The notes under the pieces are model-generated. The model worked only from the letters and a program-made list of their open reading frames with translations. It did no database searches and was not told the DNA's origin. The translations under genes were made by a program, and so were the position numbers. Source: a virus. Taken from it: a stretch of 45,453 bases of DNA. The stretch covers positions 1 through 45,453 of the IMG/VR virus record IMGVR_UViG_3300031555_001699, one strand, 5' to 3'. Positions within the stretch are counted from its first letter, which is position 1, and each line of letters opens with the position of its first letter. Below, one piece after another: positions 25,301 through 32,172 of the stretch.

Positions 25301-28300
25301 ATGCCGGTGACCTGTTTAACGATGGACTCAATAACAAAGACCGCATCGGCCCCCTCGTGAACAAGTATGCAAAGTATGGATTTAAGCCCGTGGCGGTTGT
25401 GAAATACAATGCTGAATACGCAGAAAGTGACAAGGTGCAGGATGTTATATTTTTCATCCATAACGGCAAGAGTGTAATGGAAATTAAGGCCGACCTTGAG
25501 GCGGGTGACTATGAACAGTACACGCCTGATGACCTGCTTGCGCTTAAAACGTTTGGATTGGATGACCCCGATGCTTACGACAATGCAGCCAAATACCGCG
25601 ATGGTTTGATTGAACAGCACAATTCTGACATCCAGGCCTGGCGAAATATCGGCGACGGCTTCGGTGATCACCGTACCCCCGGCAGGACCGGAGAGACCAC
25701 CACTGCTGACCGCAACCCGATCGAGATCCTGAGCGATCTGACCAGGCGGATCGGCGTGGGCTATAACCCCGGCGGCGACATGAGCACGAACGGCAGACGC
25801 TTGCCGCGTGCAGTGCAGGGCTTCTACAGCCGACATGCACGGGCGATCACGACCAGAGGCGCGAACGCCGGAGACCTGGAGGTCGGCCTGCATGAGTTTG
25901 GACATGCTGTACAGCAGCGACTGCCGAACCTGCATGCCAACACGCAGCTGTTGAACGGCCTGAGCCAGGGCGTGCGCAATGCATACGACCAGCAGGAGCT
26001 GGACGGCGAAGCGATCGCTGAGTTCGTGGTAGACTACATCTTCAACCGCGACGAGGCGGTGCGCCAGGCAGGCGCTCAGTTCGTGCAGGACTTCGAGGAC
26101 ATGCTGGCCAACGACCGCACGTTGTATGATGCAATCATGGACGCCAGCCACCAGACCGAGCTCTGGAACAACGCAGACACCGGCAGCAAGATCGGCGCCA
26201 TGACGAAGGACGGCAACGACCCGCGCCGCGGCCAGATCGGCAACTGGCTCTCCCGCACGCTGCGCAACGTGGAAACCGCCGTTGCGGACCTGACCGCGCC
26301 GGCAGACCTGGTGAGCAGGGACTTCCGCAGGAGAGCACTGTACAGTATGCACGCAAGCCGCAGGGCAGACGTGAGCCTGACCCGGTTCCTGATCGACCCG
26401 CAGGGCCGGAACATCGGCCAGAGCCTTGCAGAACGATTCTATCGCGCAGGCGTGACAGAGGGCGACCAGGCTGAGGTGAGCCGCTACGCGCTGGCCAAGC
26501 ATGCACTTGACCGCCGTGCGCAGAACAGGGACGTATTCACCGAGGCTGAGTTTCCGACCGCAGAACTGGAAGCATACGTTGCTGATATAGAGGCGAACCA
26601 CCAGAACATCGTGGCCGGCGCAAACGCACTGACCAGCTTCTGGAACGACTTCATGGATGCATGGTGGGTCGGCACCGGCATGATTGACGCAGAGGATGTG
26701 GCGACCATGCGCGCGATGTACCCGCATTACGTGCCCACGTTCCGCGTGATGGGCGAGAACTTCAACCAGTACGGCGGCGGCAACGCCCGCTTCCAGATGC
26801 GCAGAGCCGTAGTGGGCGGCAGCAGCCTGGAAGTGATCGATCCGATCGCCAGCATCGTAAAGATGACCCAGCAGATGACCAGCACGGTTACTCAGAACCA
26901 GCTGATGCGCGAGTTCCACGAAGAGTGGCGGCGCGGCGGCCTGGGCGACATCGCTGAGGACGTGACCCAGCAATATCGCGTGCAGCGTAACGACACAACC
27001 AACATGCAGGCAGCTCTGGACGCGATCGCAGCGACCGGCATGGTTGATCCTGCGCTGATGGGCGACGCCTATGCACAGATGCTGAATCTGCAGGAGCACT
27101 GGTATGGAACCGGACAGAACTACGATGCGAACGTTGTAAGCGGCGTAGACGAGAACGGCAACCGCTTCTTCTACAAGATCAAGGACAGAGGCCTGTACAA
27201 CCTGCTGAGCGGCGCGGCAAACAGGAGCGGCGACATGGGCGCAATCCTGCGGACCGTGCGCAACATCAAGAATGGCTTCACGAAAATGACCACCGGCAGC
27301 AACCCGCTGTTCGCGCTCAAGAACCTGCAGCGCGATATCCAGGCCAGCGTGAATACCGGCACGCACAGCATGACCTACGCAGACGGCATATATCACTGGG
27401 CACGCGCCTTCTATGAAGTGCTGACCGGCAGTGAAACCTACCGCGACTGGCAGGCGATGGGCGGCGGCGAGCACACCCGCTTCAATACTGAGCTGAACGG
27501 CCAGGAAGCAGGCAGAGTGGTGCGCGAACTGAGCAGAGATCTGATGCGCGGCAGGGAGAACCGCAGAGGCAACTTCCAAACCCGGAACACGGCACTGGAG
27601 AACATCAGCAATGTTCTGACCTGGGAAGAACTGAACAATGCCATTGAAAACGCCAGCAGATATGTGGAGTACCGCTTCGGTAGGCATGACCTGAACACCG
27701 ATGAAGGCCGCAGAGAGGCATTCATGGCCAGCCAGGATGTGACCACAAATTTCGGCACTCACGGCGCAAGCGGCGTAATCAAGGTGCTCAATCAGGTGGT
27801 TCCCTTCATGAACGCCACCATCCAGGGCCTGAATAAGGACGCGAACATCATCCGCGACGTATTTAGCACTGATGCGAACAGGCGCAGACAGGCAGCGCCG
27901 AAGGCTGCCAAGACCATGATGAACACTGCCCTGACCGCCATGCTGCAGTACGCACTGCTGAAGATGTTCGGCAGCAACGAGGACGACGAGGACTACGCAC
28001 TGCTGAGCCAGGAGATGCGCACCGGCAACCTGATCATCCCGATCGGCAAGGGCGCAATGGAGGAACTGGGCGACGTGATCGGATTCGACAAGCCCTACAT
28101 CCGTATCCCGATCGCGCAGGTCCCGCTGGCGCAGGGCATGTATGCCAAGGCACTGGATATCGTATCCGACGTGGCGAACTACAGCCCGATGGAAGTTGAC
28201 ATGTGGCGCGCAACGAAGAGCATCCTTGCTGACAGCATACCGGACGGCACTGTGTTCCAGGCGATCAGCGATGCAGCCAACAACCGCACCTGGTACGGCG

Positions 28301-28968
28301 GCGAGATCGAGAGCGAGTACATGCGCAACTACAGCGTGACCAACCGCTACGACAGCGATACTCCGAATGCGATCATCCAGCTCGGCCAGAGCCTGAATGT
28401 ATCCCCGGCCAAGCTGGACTACCTGCTGAACCAGTACAGCGGCTTCGCCGGCAAGATTTTGATGCCGCTGATCAGTGCTGGCAGACTGGATGGCGAGTAC
28501 AGCTTGCGCAATGCGGGTGAGAACCTGGTCTACAACGTACTGAAGAATTACACGATCGACCCGGTGAGCAGCAACGACCTGAGCACCAGCTACAGTTCCG
28601 CCAAGGATACGATCAGCCAGATCGTAGCTGACGGCAAGGCAGGCAAGCCGATGGGTAACCTGGCCTACAGCGCTGACCCGGAAGAGGCTTACGACGCTGC
28701 CGAGTACCTGAGCAAAGAGTTCGCCGCCCTAGACAAGGAAATCTCCGCACTGTGGAGCGAGTACAACGCCATCAAGGAAAGCGACCTGAGCGACGGCGAC
28801 AAGGCCAGGCAGATGCGCGACCTGCGCAGGAACTACATTGTGCCCCTCCAGCAGGATGCGATGGCGCTGTATGAGGAGTATAAGATGCAGTACATCGATG
28901 CTGACTCGCTGGCGCTGGAGATCTATGGCCGGCTGCCTGGCGGCCTAACCAGACCCACTCTCGACTAA
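19396..28968 (+). CDS. Giant 3,190-aa polyvalent-type protein (probable virion-packaged/ejected multi-domain effector)
   Basis: Single uninterrupted ORF with SD GGGAGGG. Segments: basic N-terminus; Gly-rich hydrophobic segment (nt about 22930-23000); Ala/Glu/Lys coiled coil of about 380 aa (nt about 23600-24720); G/S/R linker; acetyltransferase-like segment (nt about 25140-25470); zincin motif GLHEFGHAV (HEFGH = nt 25891-25905); about 1,000-aa C-terminal domain. Confidence 0.85.
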   Translation: MAVQKKKNETRDEVLSRVSKEYNITPKASKASTKGTIIASSVGSERTYKKAGSKSQQQENNKNIAQSVAQKYNATRKNTGKWYSGNTPTARETMARMFERANGDTGFFNKMNEMFAAEQQDRGSVIYNPYAQATNYKAIDGLRQLGVEVPETISDEWIDSMWRQYGQYSRETTTGYGPGAPTKASTVQNDIAYWVNTLMEDKEATNLAETQMQDMYTEVEYLAKQGYNDDEILKRVKANKDYNALWKMDEARLAGDAVRLNRKVNYSGDDTIYGMIWAARNDGGTGDYFVDSVKALMGHGNQYKYDSASAAALDPSNYEGYSPYVRGTMHEMNMKYGVDSFDQTWLEANRSMLSDPEKAEDWRNIKEAVERSESAEKELAALDQWLEKQIASGRKDAQSLADELTAMISDGDEIRYTDADGKMETIKLSTLAKMEDYRADGTYVNLGYGVDFNLPQYIAKATAMYDEHATAAAETEAETGGGVFKAIGDGIASAWRWLTGDKGAMEDVIDAQKTGDVTEFASIEDAARKYAKDMFGVDITGELPAHVEAALKDAIAKANKADLPGASKEDIDAANTAAGVLQDMFSEVIANPDMRAQETAEAPAEEPAEANYKAQQAYTTVFEKQPEEPREGMVEMVAEPTAYTAGAAEPAEASPAAASYESMLQGGEWDNDAFVWALNESSSPKAIKAELGQAIIDHRAKGTELTGLAKSWWNKFGGLVDDIGGPTDYNQLVRYEMGLDEYDSRKAYGTQVFDLLQANSEAYDSSAIDAASWANNLITISGMAEAINRAAGGERATDEVADRFLAQSGLQATVDGMLNTIEGSMERQAADKAEENRQRTTASVGVIQRMNSGTMTEDDLLAYVDIMSTDISKTAAQDKTYAAANAYIIDALSFDSIAESGMRFTYGDKAVDASYGKEMVLNEGASIYSTGVTALAQDTLNTHMKYAAACGMTLEQFYTQFPDLARTPEQIVAEARSEYNGTWTEFGHTIDGLIAANDSIFNAGEGAGAPGDEKEDVLSFSDSLVLAFDKLRATNALNWDKTLYMMQYAWRDEEMEQGILLDQYGGRTALAAEWDKFDAEREEQLRKTYENDITAKQSGISYEDWRLENTDKQLDEVRAKRETATDILELGDPARLRAEQGIIEKTGNVANIDKLVAEYGSEFDKAVYDGATSLMQTGQFMFISTVLGGGYMASLAATLTSSGSDAYDRFIQTGDYDAALASSIGAWLVNAAIEKMSFERYMPESLGGSRTQKMQAVQSMLQREGMYSMLKDPKKLSKAATAVMEAIATAGVNSASEGLEETLQYIVDSFADNIAYGDNIWLTDEQVSGIDDTFVAGTAMGAVLDVGTNLVFGRPKFTDELGNAISKAEAQIRPEHDGVLLNEAIKFEATSMAYVNSTDALAQIESSSENAAKQQAEQELQAVEAELQETEAKLASVQAEHDTAIMALEDVNVEMQDSDAFTEDMGKRMTAAATEVDRTTAELRKVKDDLSSAQGRREAAQQKLDDATAKVQAMYDQVMDEAKQKYTQIVTDKYYAGDSDEQRAAGEAYQAACANLEEAKAALATVKADENAGAKERGRALLDVDKATEAVEAAKAEMDAAYAQSPEGKVEAATNKALEDAQKAADDAAAAAEADPMNSRKQLAAEHAQAQLDVIRAKQEMEEKRSGISFRLKSPDSSEREAAVGEWKAAQQKVTDAEEHAKAVETEFNETDTQKNLQTAIDNMKQYTNEQLLFESEEGHEDAVRAYAELQVAQAAAEVENAWNGMLKDGASGLSAYQDARNKYNSAIDNKNAMNYTKNGEVYDYGNESEGIYGENVRGTSGIAGDGSGSRTTVRGSDSVPLYGDRGIARRNDAGGSGSGQRVDGSVRYASTAGITDVTATPEEYIQALDAAKAAPPEDGHQVSPHKVEEVMRGDLRPFLTSDKLAGFAVEANGNITGVFRNPKSKLGPVMDDMMLSAIQEGGNRLDCYAGDLFNDGLNNKDRIGPLVNKYAKYGFKPVAVVKYNAEYAESDKVQDVIFFIHNGKSVMEIKADLEAGDYEQYTPDDLLALKTFGLDDPDAYDNAAKYRDGLIEQHNSDIQAWRNIGDGFGDHRTPGRTGETTTADRNPIEILSDLTRRIGVGYNPGGDMSTNGRRLPRAVQGFYSRHARAITTRGANAGDLEVGLHEFGHAVQQRLPNLHANTQLLNGLSQGVRNAYDQQELDGEAIAEFVVDYIFNRDEAVRQAGAQFVQDFEDMLANDRTLYDAIMDASHQTELWNNADTGSKIGAMTKDGNDPRRGQIGNWLSRTLRNVETAVADLTAPADLVSRDFRRRALYSMHASRRADVSLTRFLIDPQGRNIGQSLAERFYRAGVTEGDQAEVSRYALAKHALDRRAQNRDVFTEAEFPTAELEAYVADIEANHQNIVAGANALTSFWNDFMDAWWVGTGMIDAEDVATMRAMYPHYVPTFRVMGENFNQYGGGNARFQMRRAVVGGSSLEVIDPIASIVKMTQQMTSTVTQNQLMREFHEEWRRGGLGDIAEDVTQQYRVQRNDTTNMQAALDAIAATGMVDPALMGDAYAQMLNLQEHWYGTGQNYDANVVSGVDENGNRFFYKIKDRGLYNLLSGAANRSGDMGAILRTVRNIKNGFTKMTTGSNPLFALKNLQRDIQASVNTGTHSMTYADGIYHWARAFYEVLTGSETYRDWQAMGGGEHTRFNTELNGQEAGRVVRELSRDLMRGRENRRGNFQTRNTALENISNVLTWEELNNAIENASRYVEYRFGRHDLNTDEGRREAFMASQDVTTNFGTHGASGVIKVLNQVVPFMNATIQGLNKDANIIRDVFSTDANRRRQAAPKAAKTMMNTALTAMLQYALLKMFGSNEDDEDYALLSQEMRTGNLIIPIGKGAMEELGDVIGFDKPYIRIPIAQVPLAQGMYAKALDIVSDVANYSPMEVDMWRATKSILADSIPDGTVFQAISDAANNRTWYGGEIESEYMRNYSVTNRYDSDTPNAIIQLGQSLNVSPAKLDYLLNQYSGFAGKILMPLISAGRLDGEYSLRNAGENLVYNVLKNYTIDPVSSNDLSTSYSSAKDTISQIVADGKAGKPMGNLAYSADPEEAYDAAEYLSKEFAALDKEISALWSEYNAIKESDLSDGDKARQMRDLRRNYIVPLQQDAMALYEEYKMQYIDADSLALEIYGRLPGGLTRPTLD
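24791..24997 (+). CDS. Embedded +1-frame ORF (60-68 aa) inside the giant gene; possible overlapping gene or relic
   Basis: GGGGAGG 24793-24799 precedes ATG 24803/24809/24815; product MAMKAKEYMAKMYAEHPELPEMVAEVERLYGARIQFPCMVIEALLDGMTPAEVAADSALMDL has ordinary composition. Hand-counted GC3 is 66 percent in this frame versus 35 percent in the giant-ORF frame over the same bases. Confidence 0.3.
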   Translation: MGRYMIMAMKAKEYMAKMYAEHPELPEMVAEVERLYGARIQFPCMVIEALLDGMTPAEVAADSALMDL

Positions 28969-28993
28969 CCAACACCGAAAGGAGCGTCCGAGT

Positions 28994-29251
28994 ATGAACA
29001 TCAAAAAGAAGTTCCCCGACCTGGCTGACATGGACGCTCTGGAACTGGCAAAGCTGCTGCGGCGGTCGACCCTATCCCGGGAAGACCGCCAGATAGCGGT
29101 CAGCTGCTTCCAGTGGAGCATGGACTACATTGATGTAGGCGCTAAGGTAGGTATGGACCGGCGGACGGTGAGCCGCCATATGAACGAAGATATCGTTCCG
29201 GCACTGCGCAGGCTGCGGGCGAAAAGTTGCCCGAAAGTTGCACACGGATAG
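28994..29251 (+). CDS. Small HTH protein (sigma-70 region-4 / LuxR-like)
   Basis: 85 aa; DRQIAVSCFQWSMDYIDVGAKVGMDRRTVSRHMNEDIVPAL resembles a region-4 type HTH; SD AAAGGAG. Confidence 0.6.
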   Translation: MNIKKKFPDLADMDALELAKLLRRSTLSREDRQIAVSCFQWSMDYIDVGAKVGMDRRTVSRHMNEDIVPALRRLRAKSCPKVAHG

Positions 29252-29271
29252 GACATAATTGCCCCCGGCAA

Positions 29272-29340
29272 AATCCCCTTTCTGAGATGATGTATTCAGA
29301 ACCAAGGATGGTTCGAATCATTCAAATCAGAAAGGGGATT
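29272..29340 (+). promoter_or_regulatory. Long hairpin whose 3' arm contains the SD of the downstream gene (attenuator/translational control candidate)
   Basis: Perfect 14-bp inverted repeat AATCCCCTTTCTGA (29272-29285) / TCAGAAAGGGGATT (29327-29340); inner helix ATTCaGAACC/GGTTCGAAT; followed by GTTTTATG, where ATG 29346 is the next start. Confidence 0.55.
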
Positions 29341-29345
29341 GTTTT

Positions 29346-29813
29346 ATGGGTGAATTTGCAAGCAAGGGTGTTGGTGCAGCAGGCTTGACCACTGGCATCA
29401 TCGGAACTGCATTCGGCGCAATGAATAGCGGCATCCTGCCGAACCTGTTTGGCGCTGGCCGCGCTGGCTGCTGCGATAGCGACAGTATGCCGGTAAGCCG
29501 CTACGAACTGAGCCAGGAATCAAAGATTGCTGATCTGCAGGCACAGATTGCACTGCGTGACGCGAATACCTACAACGACCAGAAGCTGCTGGAAGTATAC
29601 AAGTACTTCGATGGCAAGATTGAGGGCATCAACAGCAGACTGTGCGACCAGGCTGTCTGGAATGCAACGCAGACCGGTGCAATTAACTGCATGGCCAACC
29701 AGATTGCACAGCTGCAGGGCTTGACCAAGCTGGTTGTGCCGAACACCAGCGTGTGCCCCGGTTGGGGTAATGTGACCATCACCCCGGCTGCAGCGGCAAC
29801 CGCGACCACCTGA
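29346..29813 (+). CDS. Hypothetical 155-aa protein with N-terminal glycine-zipper segment and coiled coil
   Basis: ORF track; GVGAAGLTTGIIGTAFGAMNSG glycine-zipper-like; Cys-containing C-terminal part. Confidence 0.65.
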   Translation: MGEFASKGVGAAGLTTGIIGTAFGAMNSGILPNLFGAGRAGCCDSDSMPVSRYELSQESKIADLQAQIALRDANTYNDQKLLEVYKYFDGKIEGINSRLCDQAVWNATQTGAINCMANQIAQLQGLTKLVVPNTSVCPGWGNVTITPAAAATATT

Positions 29814-29874
29814 TGGCGGATCGGCAAGGCGGCCAGGGTGACCTGGCCGCCAACAACCATAAAGGAGGCAGAGC

Positions 29875-30210
29875 ATGATCCATTATTCGAGAGTGATACA
29901 GGGCCTGCTGGCGTACATCGAGAATGAGATGGCGAGCAAGCTGGCCGGCAGCTGGAAGGCCTGGCTGCTGCGCGGCGCCGCCGGAATCGCTGCAACGAAA
30001 GCAGAGCCGCTGTTTAAGATGCTGGACGGGAACCCGATCGTGATTGCGCTGGGGCTGGTGAACGGCGAGAACGTGAACGTGGACGCGATCATGGGCGAGC
30101 TGCGCAAGCAGGCGCAGGCAGGCACAGCAACAATAGATATACCGATGATCGGCCCGTATACCGTGGGCCTGCAGGATGTGGATACGCTGAACCGCTATGT
30201 AAGGGGGTAA
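29875..30210 (+). CDS. Hypothetical 111-aa protein
   Basis: ORF track; SD AAGGAGG 7 nt upstream; preceded by the perfect 10-bp-stem hairpin 29828-29851. Confidence 0.65.
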   Translation: MIHYSRVIQGLLAYIENEMASKLAGSWKAWLLRGAAGIAATKAEPLFKMLDGNPIVIALGLVNGENVNVDAIMGELRKQAQAGTATIDIPMIGPYTVGLQDVDTLNRYVRG

Positions 30211-30217
30211 AAGATAG

Positions 30218-30538
30218 ATGCATATGTACGAGCATATGAGCGATGTACTGGATATCATGTGGGGTAACCTGATGGAAGCCGACAAGTACATCAAGATGGC
30301 GCATGAGCTTAGGGACGAGTGCCGGGTGTACGCTGATTGGTGCAAGGACATGGCCATGAAGCATATCGAGTTCAATACCGGCGGCAAGACCGTGTATGAG
30401 CGCATGCGCGACAAACTGCACGAGGACCACGAGCACGCAGCGCATCATGAGGGCATACTGATGATCCTTGACCGACAGATGGCGAAACTGAGCCATAACT
30501 GCGCAGAGATCAAGTCCAAGATGGACGCATACAAATAG
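30218..30538 (+). CDS. Hypothetical 106-aa His/Met-rich helical protein, last gene of the rightward operon
   Basis: ORF track; ordinary composition. Confidence 0.6.
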   Translation: MHMYEHMSDVLDIMWGNLMEADKYIKMAHELRDECRVYADWCKDMAMKHIEFNTGGKTVYERMRDKLHEDHEHAAHHEGILMILDRQMAKLSHNCAEIKSKMDAYK

Positions 30539-30541
30539 AAT

Positions 30542-30566
30542 GAACCCCGCCACTTAGGCGGGGTTC
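30542..30566. terminator. Bidirectional terminator between the convergent late and early operons
   Basis: 10-bp stem GAACCCCGCC / GGCGGGGTTC, loop ACTTA; the TAA of the minus-strand gene (30556-30554) sits in the loop; U-rich tails on both strands. Confidence 0.7.
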
Positions 30567-31369
30567 TGCTTCGCTTTCAGCCGCTTGGAGAAGCGGTCTT
30601 TTTTATATTTCAGGACGCTATCGTAATCGGACAGCTCAGCATCGGACAGGAGGCCGTAGACGATGTTGAACATGATCTTCACATCGGCCAGCTCCTCTAC
30701 CAGCTTCTGCCGGGCCTTGGGTACACTGACCGGGGTCTCTGCATTGAGCGCGCGGACGAGCTTCAGGGCGGCCTGACTGAGCTCGCAGCATTCCTCTGCC
30801 ATCTGGCGGAGCATGTACTCCTCGCCGGTAACAGCGATCATTTCTTTGTAGGTCATAATGCCTCCTTGCACATAATCCCCCAGCGGATTACCGCACACCA
30901 CGTCTCTGTAGCTGCACAGGCCGTTCCTGTGCACTGCTTCCGTGGGCGCTACGTTCTCCAGGGTCTTTCTCAGTTTACATTTCTTCTGCGCCTGCGCATC
31001 GTTCACGCACATGGCGCACTGGTTCTCGATCACTGTGTTCACCAGCATCGTCAGGTCTTCATCGGTCATAAACTGCGTCTTTTCATTCAGGGGGATCGCC
31101 GGCCTGGGGCGGATCACTATCTGTCCGTGGTTGGCCAGGGATATGATGTGGCGCATGGTCTTGTCCGGCAGCGTTTCATATAGCTTGCCGATCAGCTTCT
31201 CCGTCACGCTCTGCACCATCCTGAAATCGCGCCATCCGTTGGGGATCTGCTGCAGCCAATCTTTCAGCGGCCCCTGCGCATCCGTCAGCTGCTTGTCCAG
31301 GCAGCATAGGTATTCAATCGCATGCAGCTCCCCGCTGTTGGGGATTCTGCCTTCCGTGTTTTGCATCAT
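30554..31369 (-). CDS. Fusion ORF: Cys-rich N-terminal domain (DUF5651-like from memory) + C-terminal MazG-like NTP pyrophosphohydrolase
   Basis: 271 aa; C-terminal MAEECCELSQAALKLV...LVEELADVKIMFNIV carries the EExxE...EExxD MazG signature. In-frame internal start ATG 30856 is preceded by AAGGAGG (30861-30865), so a 100-aa MazG-only product is also possible. Confidence 0.7.
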   Translation of the reverse strand: MMQNTEGRIPNSGELHAIEYLCCLDKQLTDAQGPLKDWLQQIPNGWRDFRMVQSVTEKLIGKLYETLPDKTMRHIISLANHGQIVIRPRPAIPLNEKTQFMTDEDLTMLVNTVIENQCAMCVNDAQAQKKCKLRKTLENVAPTEAVHRNGLCSYRDVVCGNPLGDYVQGGIMTYKEMIAVTGEEYMLRQMAEECCELSQAALKLVRALNAETPVSVPKARQKLVEELADVKIMFNIVYGLLSDAELSDYDSVLKYKKDRFSKRLKAKQNPA

Positions 31370-31485
31370 TCGTCCTCCTCAAATGATTTCCGGGCATCCT
31401 TTTTATCCGCTTCACTAGCTACCCAAATACAGGCATACATGAGCGCAGTGAGGATCAGGGCAGCACCAATAACCAACCAAATCAT
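31366..31485 (-). CDS. 39-aa small membrane protein MIWLVIGAALILTALMYACIWVASEADKKDARKSFEEDE
   Basis: ATG 31485 six nt after AAGGAGGG; one TM helix; overlaps the next start by ATGA. Confidence 0.55.
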   Translation of the reverse strand: MIWLVIGAALILTALMYACIWVASEADKKDARKSFEEDE

Positions 31486-31486
31486 G

Positions 31487-31816
31487 TTATCCCTCCTTCG
31501 GCGGTTCGGGCAGCGACATCCAGTGGGTGACGCGGTGTACTTCACGATGTTCAGGGAACTCGCAAAGCTCACGAAGCGCCCATCCGCGCACTATTCTAAA
31601 AGCAACTTCCCCATCATCAACATACATCACGCACTGATCTGTCTCCGGCAGCCTCTCCTCCACGCTGATCCACTTCGGCTGGGCGGCTTTAACACCTGCC
31701 TGATAGCCTTTATCCCATGCTTCCTTGTATAAATCGGCTCTGCTTCCGATGGTTAGGGTTTCTACTTTATCCGCTTTCAGGTCACGCAACACATTCTTGC
31801 TTATAATCCTTGTCAT
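31487..31816 (-). CDS. DUF551-like protein, 109 aa
   Basis: ATG 31816 (GGAGGTGGAG upstream, 1-nt overlap with upstream TGA); WISVEERLPE...VTHWMSLPEPP resembles DUF551. Confidence 0.55.
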   Translation of the reverse strand: MTRIISKNVLRDLKADKVETLTIGSRADLYKEAWDKGYQAGVKAAQPKWISVEERLPETDQCVMYVDDGEVAFRIVRGWALRELCEFPEHREVHRVTHWMSLPEPPKEG

Positions 31817-32172
31817 CACTCCACCTCCTGCGGGCCTACCCATTCCCAATTCGAATACAGTAGCTTTGTTCCGGTCAGTCGGCACTCTTCGCATATCTTA
31901 TTGTTTTCGGGAATGTCTTCTGAGAATTTGCATGTACTGCAAGCTCTGCCGCCCTTTCTAAGCTGTTCCACCGCCGCATCGCGTTCGCGTTCAAGCTGCT
32001 GGATGTAGGCGAGGGCATCGCGCTGTGTCATAGGAATACACTCAAATGACAGTTCGCCCAAATTGTACAAACAGTTTTCGCAGCAGCAACCGTCTTCATC
32101 CTTGGAGCAGCACTCCAGCCCCTTCTTAATCTCCTCCGGCGTTCTGCCGTTGATCGTGTTATCCATTTTCAT
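31816..32172 (-). CDS. Cys-rich hypothetical protein, 118 aa
   Basis: ORF track; CCSKDEDGCCCENC and CSTC..CEEC clusters. Confidence 0.6.
   Translation of the reverse strand: MKMDNTINGRTPEEIKKGLECCSKDEDGCCCENCLYNLGELSFECIPMTQRDALAYIQQLERERDAAVEQLRKGGRACSTCKFSEDIPENNKICEECRLTGTKLLYSNWEWVGPQEVE

Noticed and set aside
19396-28968. The giant ORF as an N4-like virion RNA polymerase or as a tape measure protein
   Set aside because: I found no DxDGD/NADFDGD-type or T7-like polymerase motifs on reading the translation. No tail tube or chaperone genes accompany it, and 3,190 aa would imply an implausibly long tail. A polyvalent/internal ejected protein fits better.
29301-29325. GGTTCGAATC, a tRNA T-loop-like motif
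   Set aside because: The flanking bases cannot form a T stem (GATGG versus CATTC), and no acceptor, anticodon or D arms can be drawn. The motif is part of the inner helix of the 29272-29340 hairpin.
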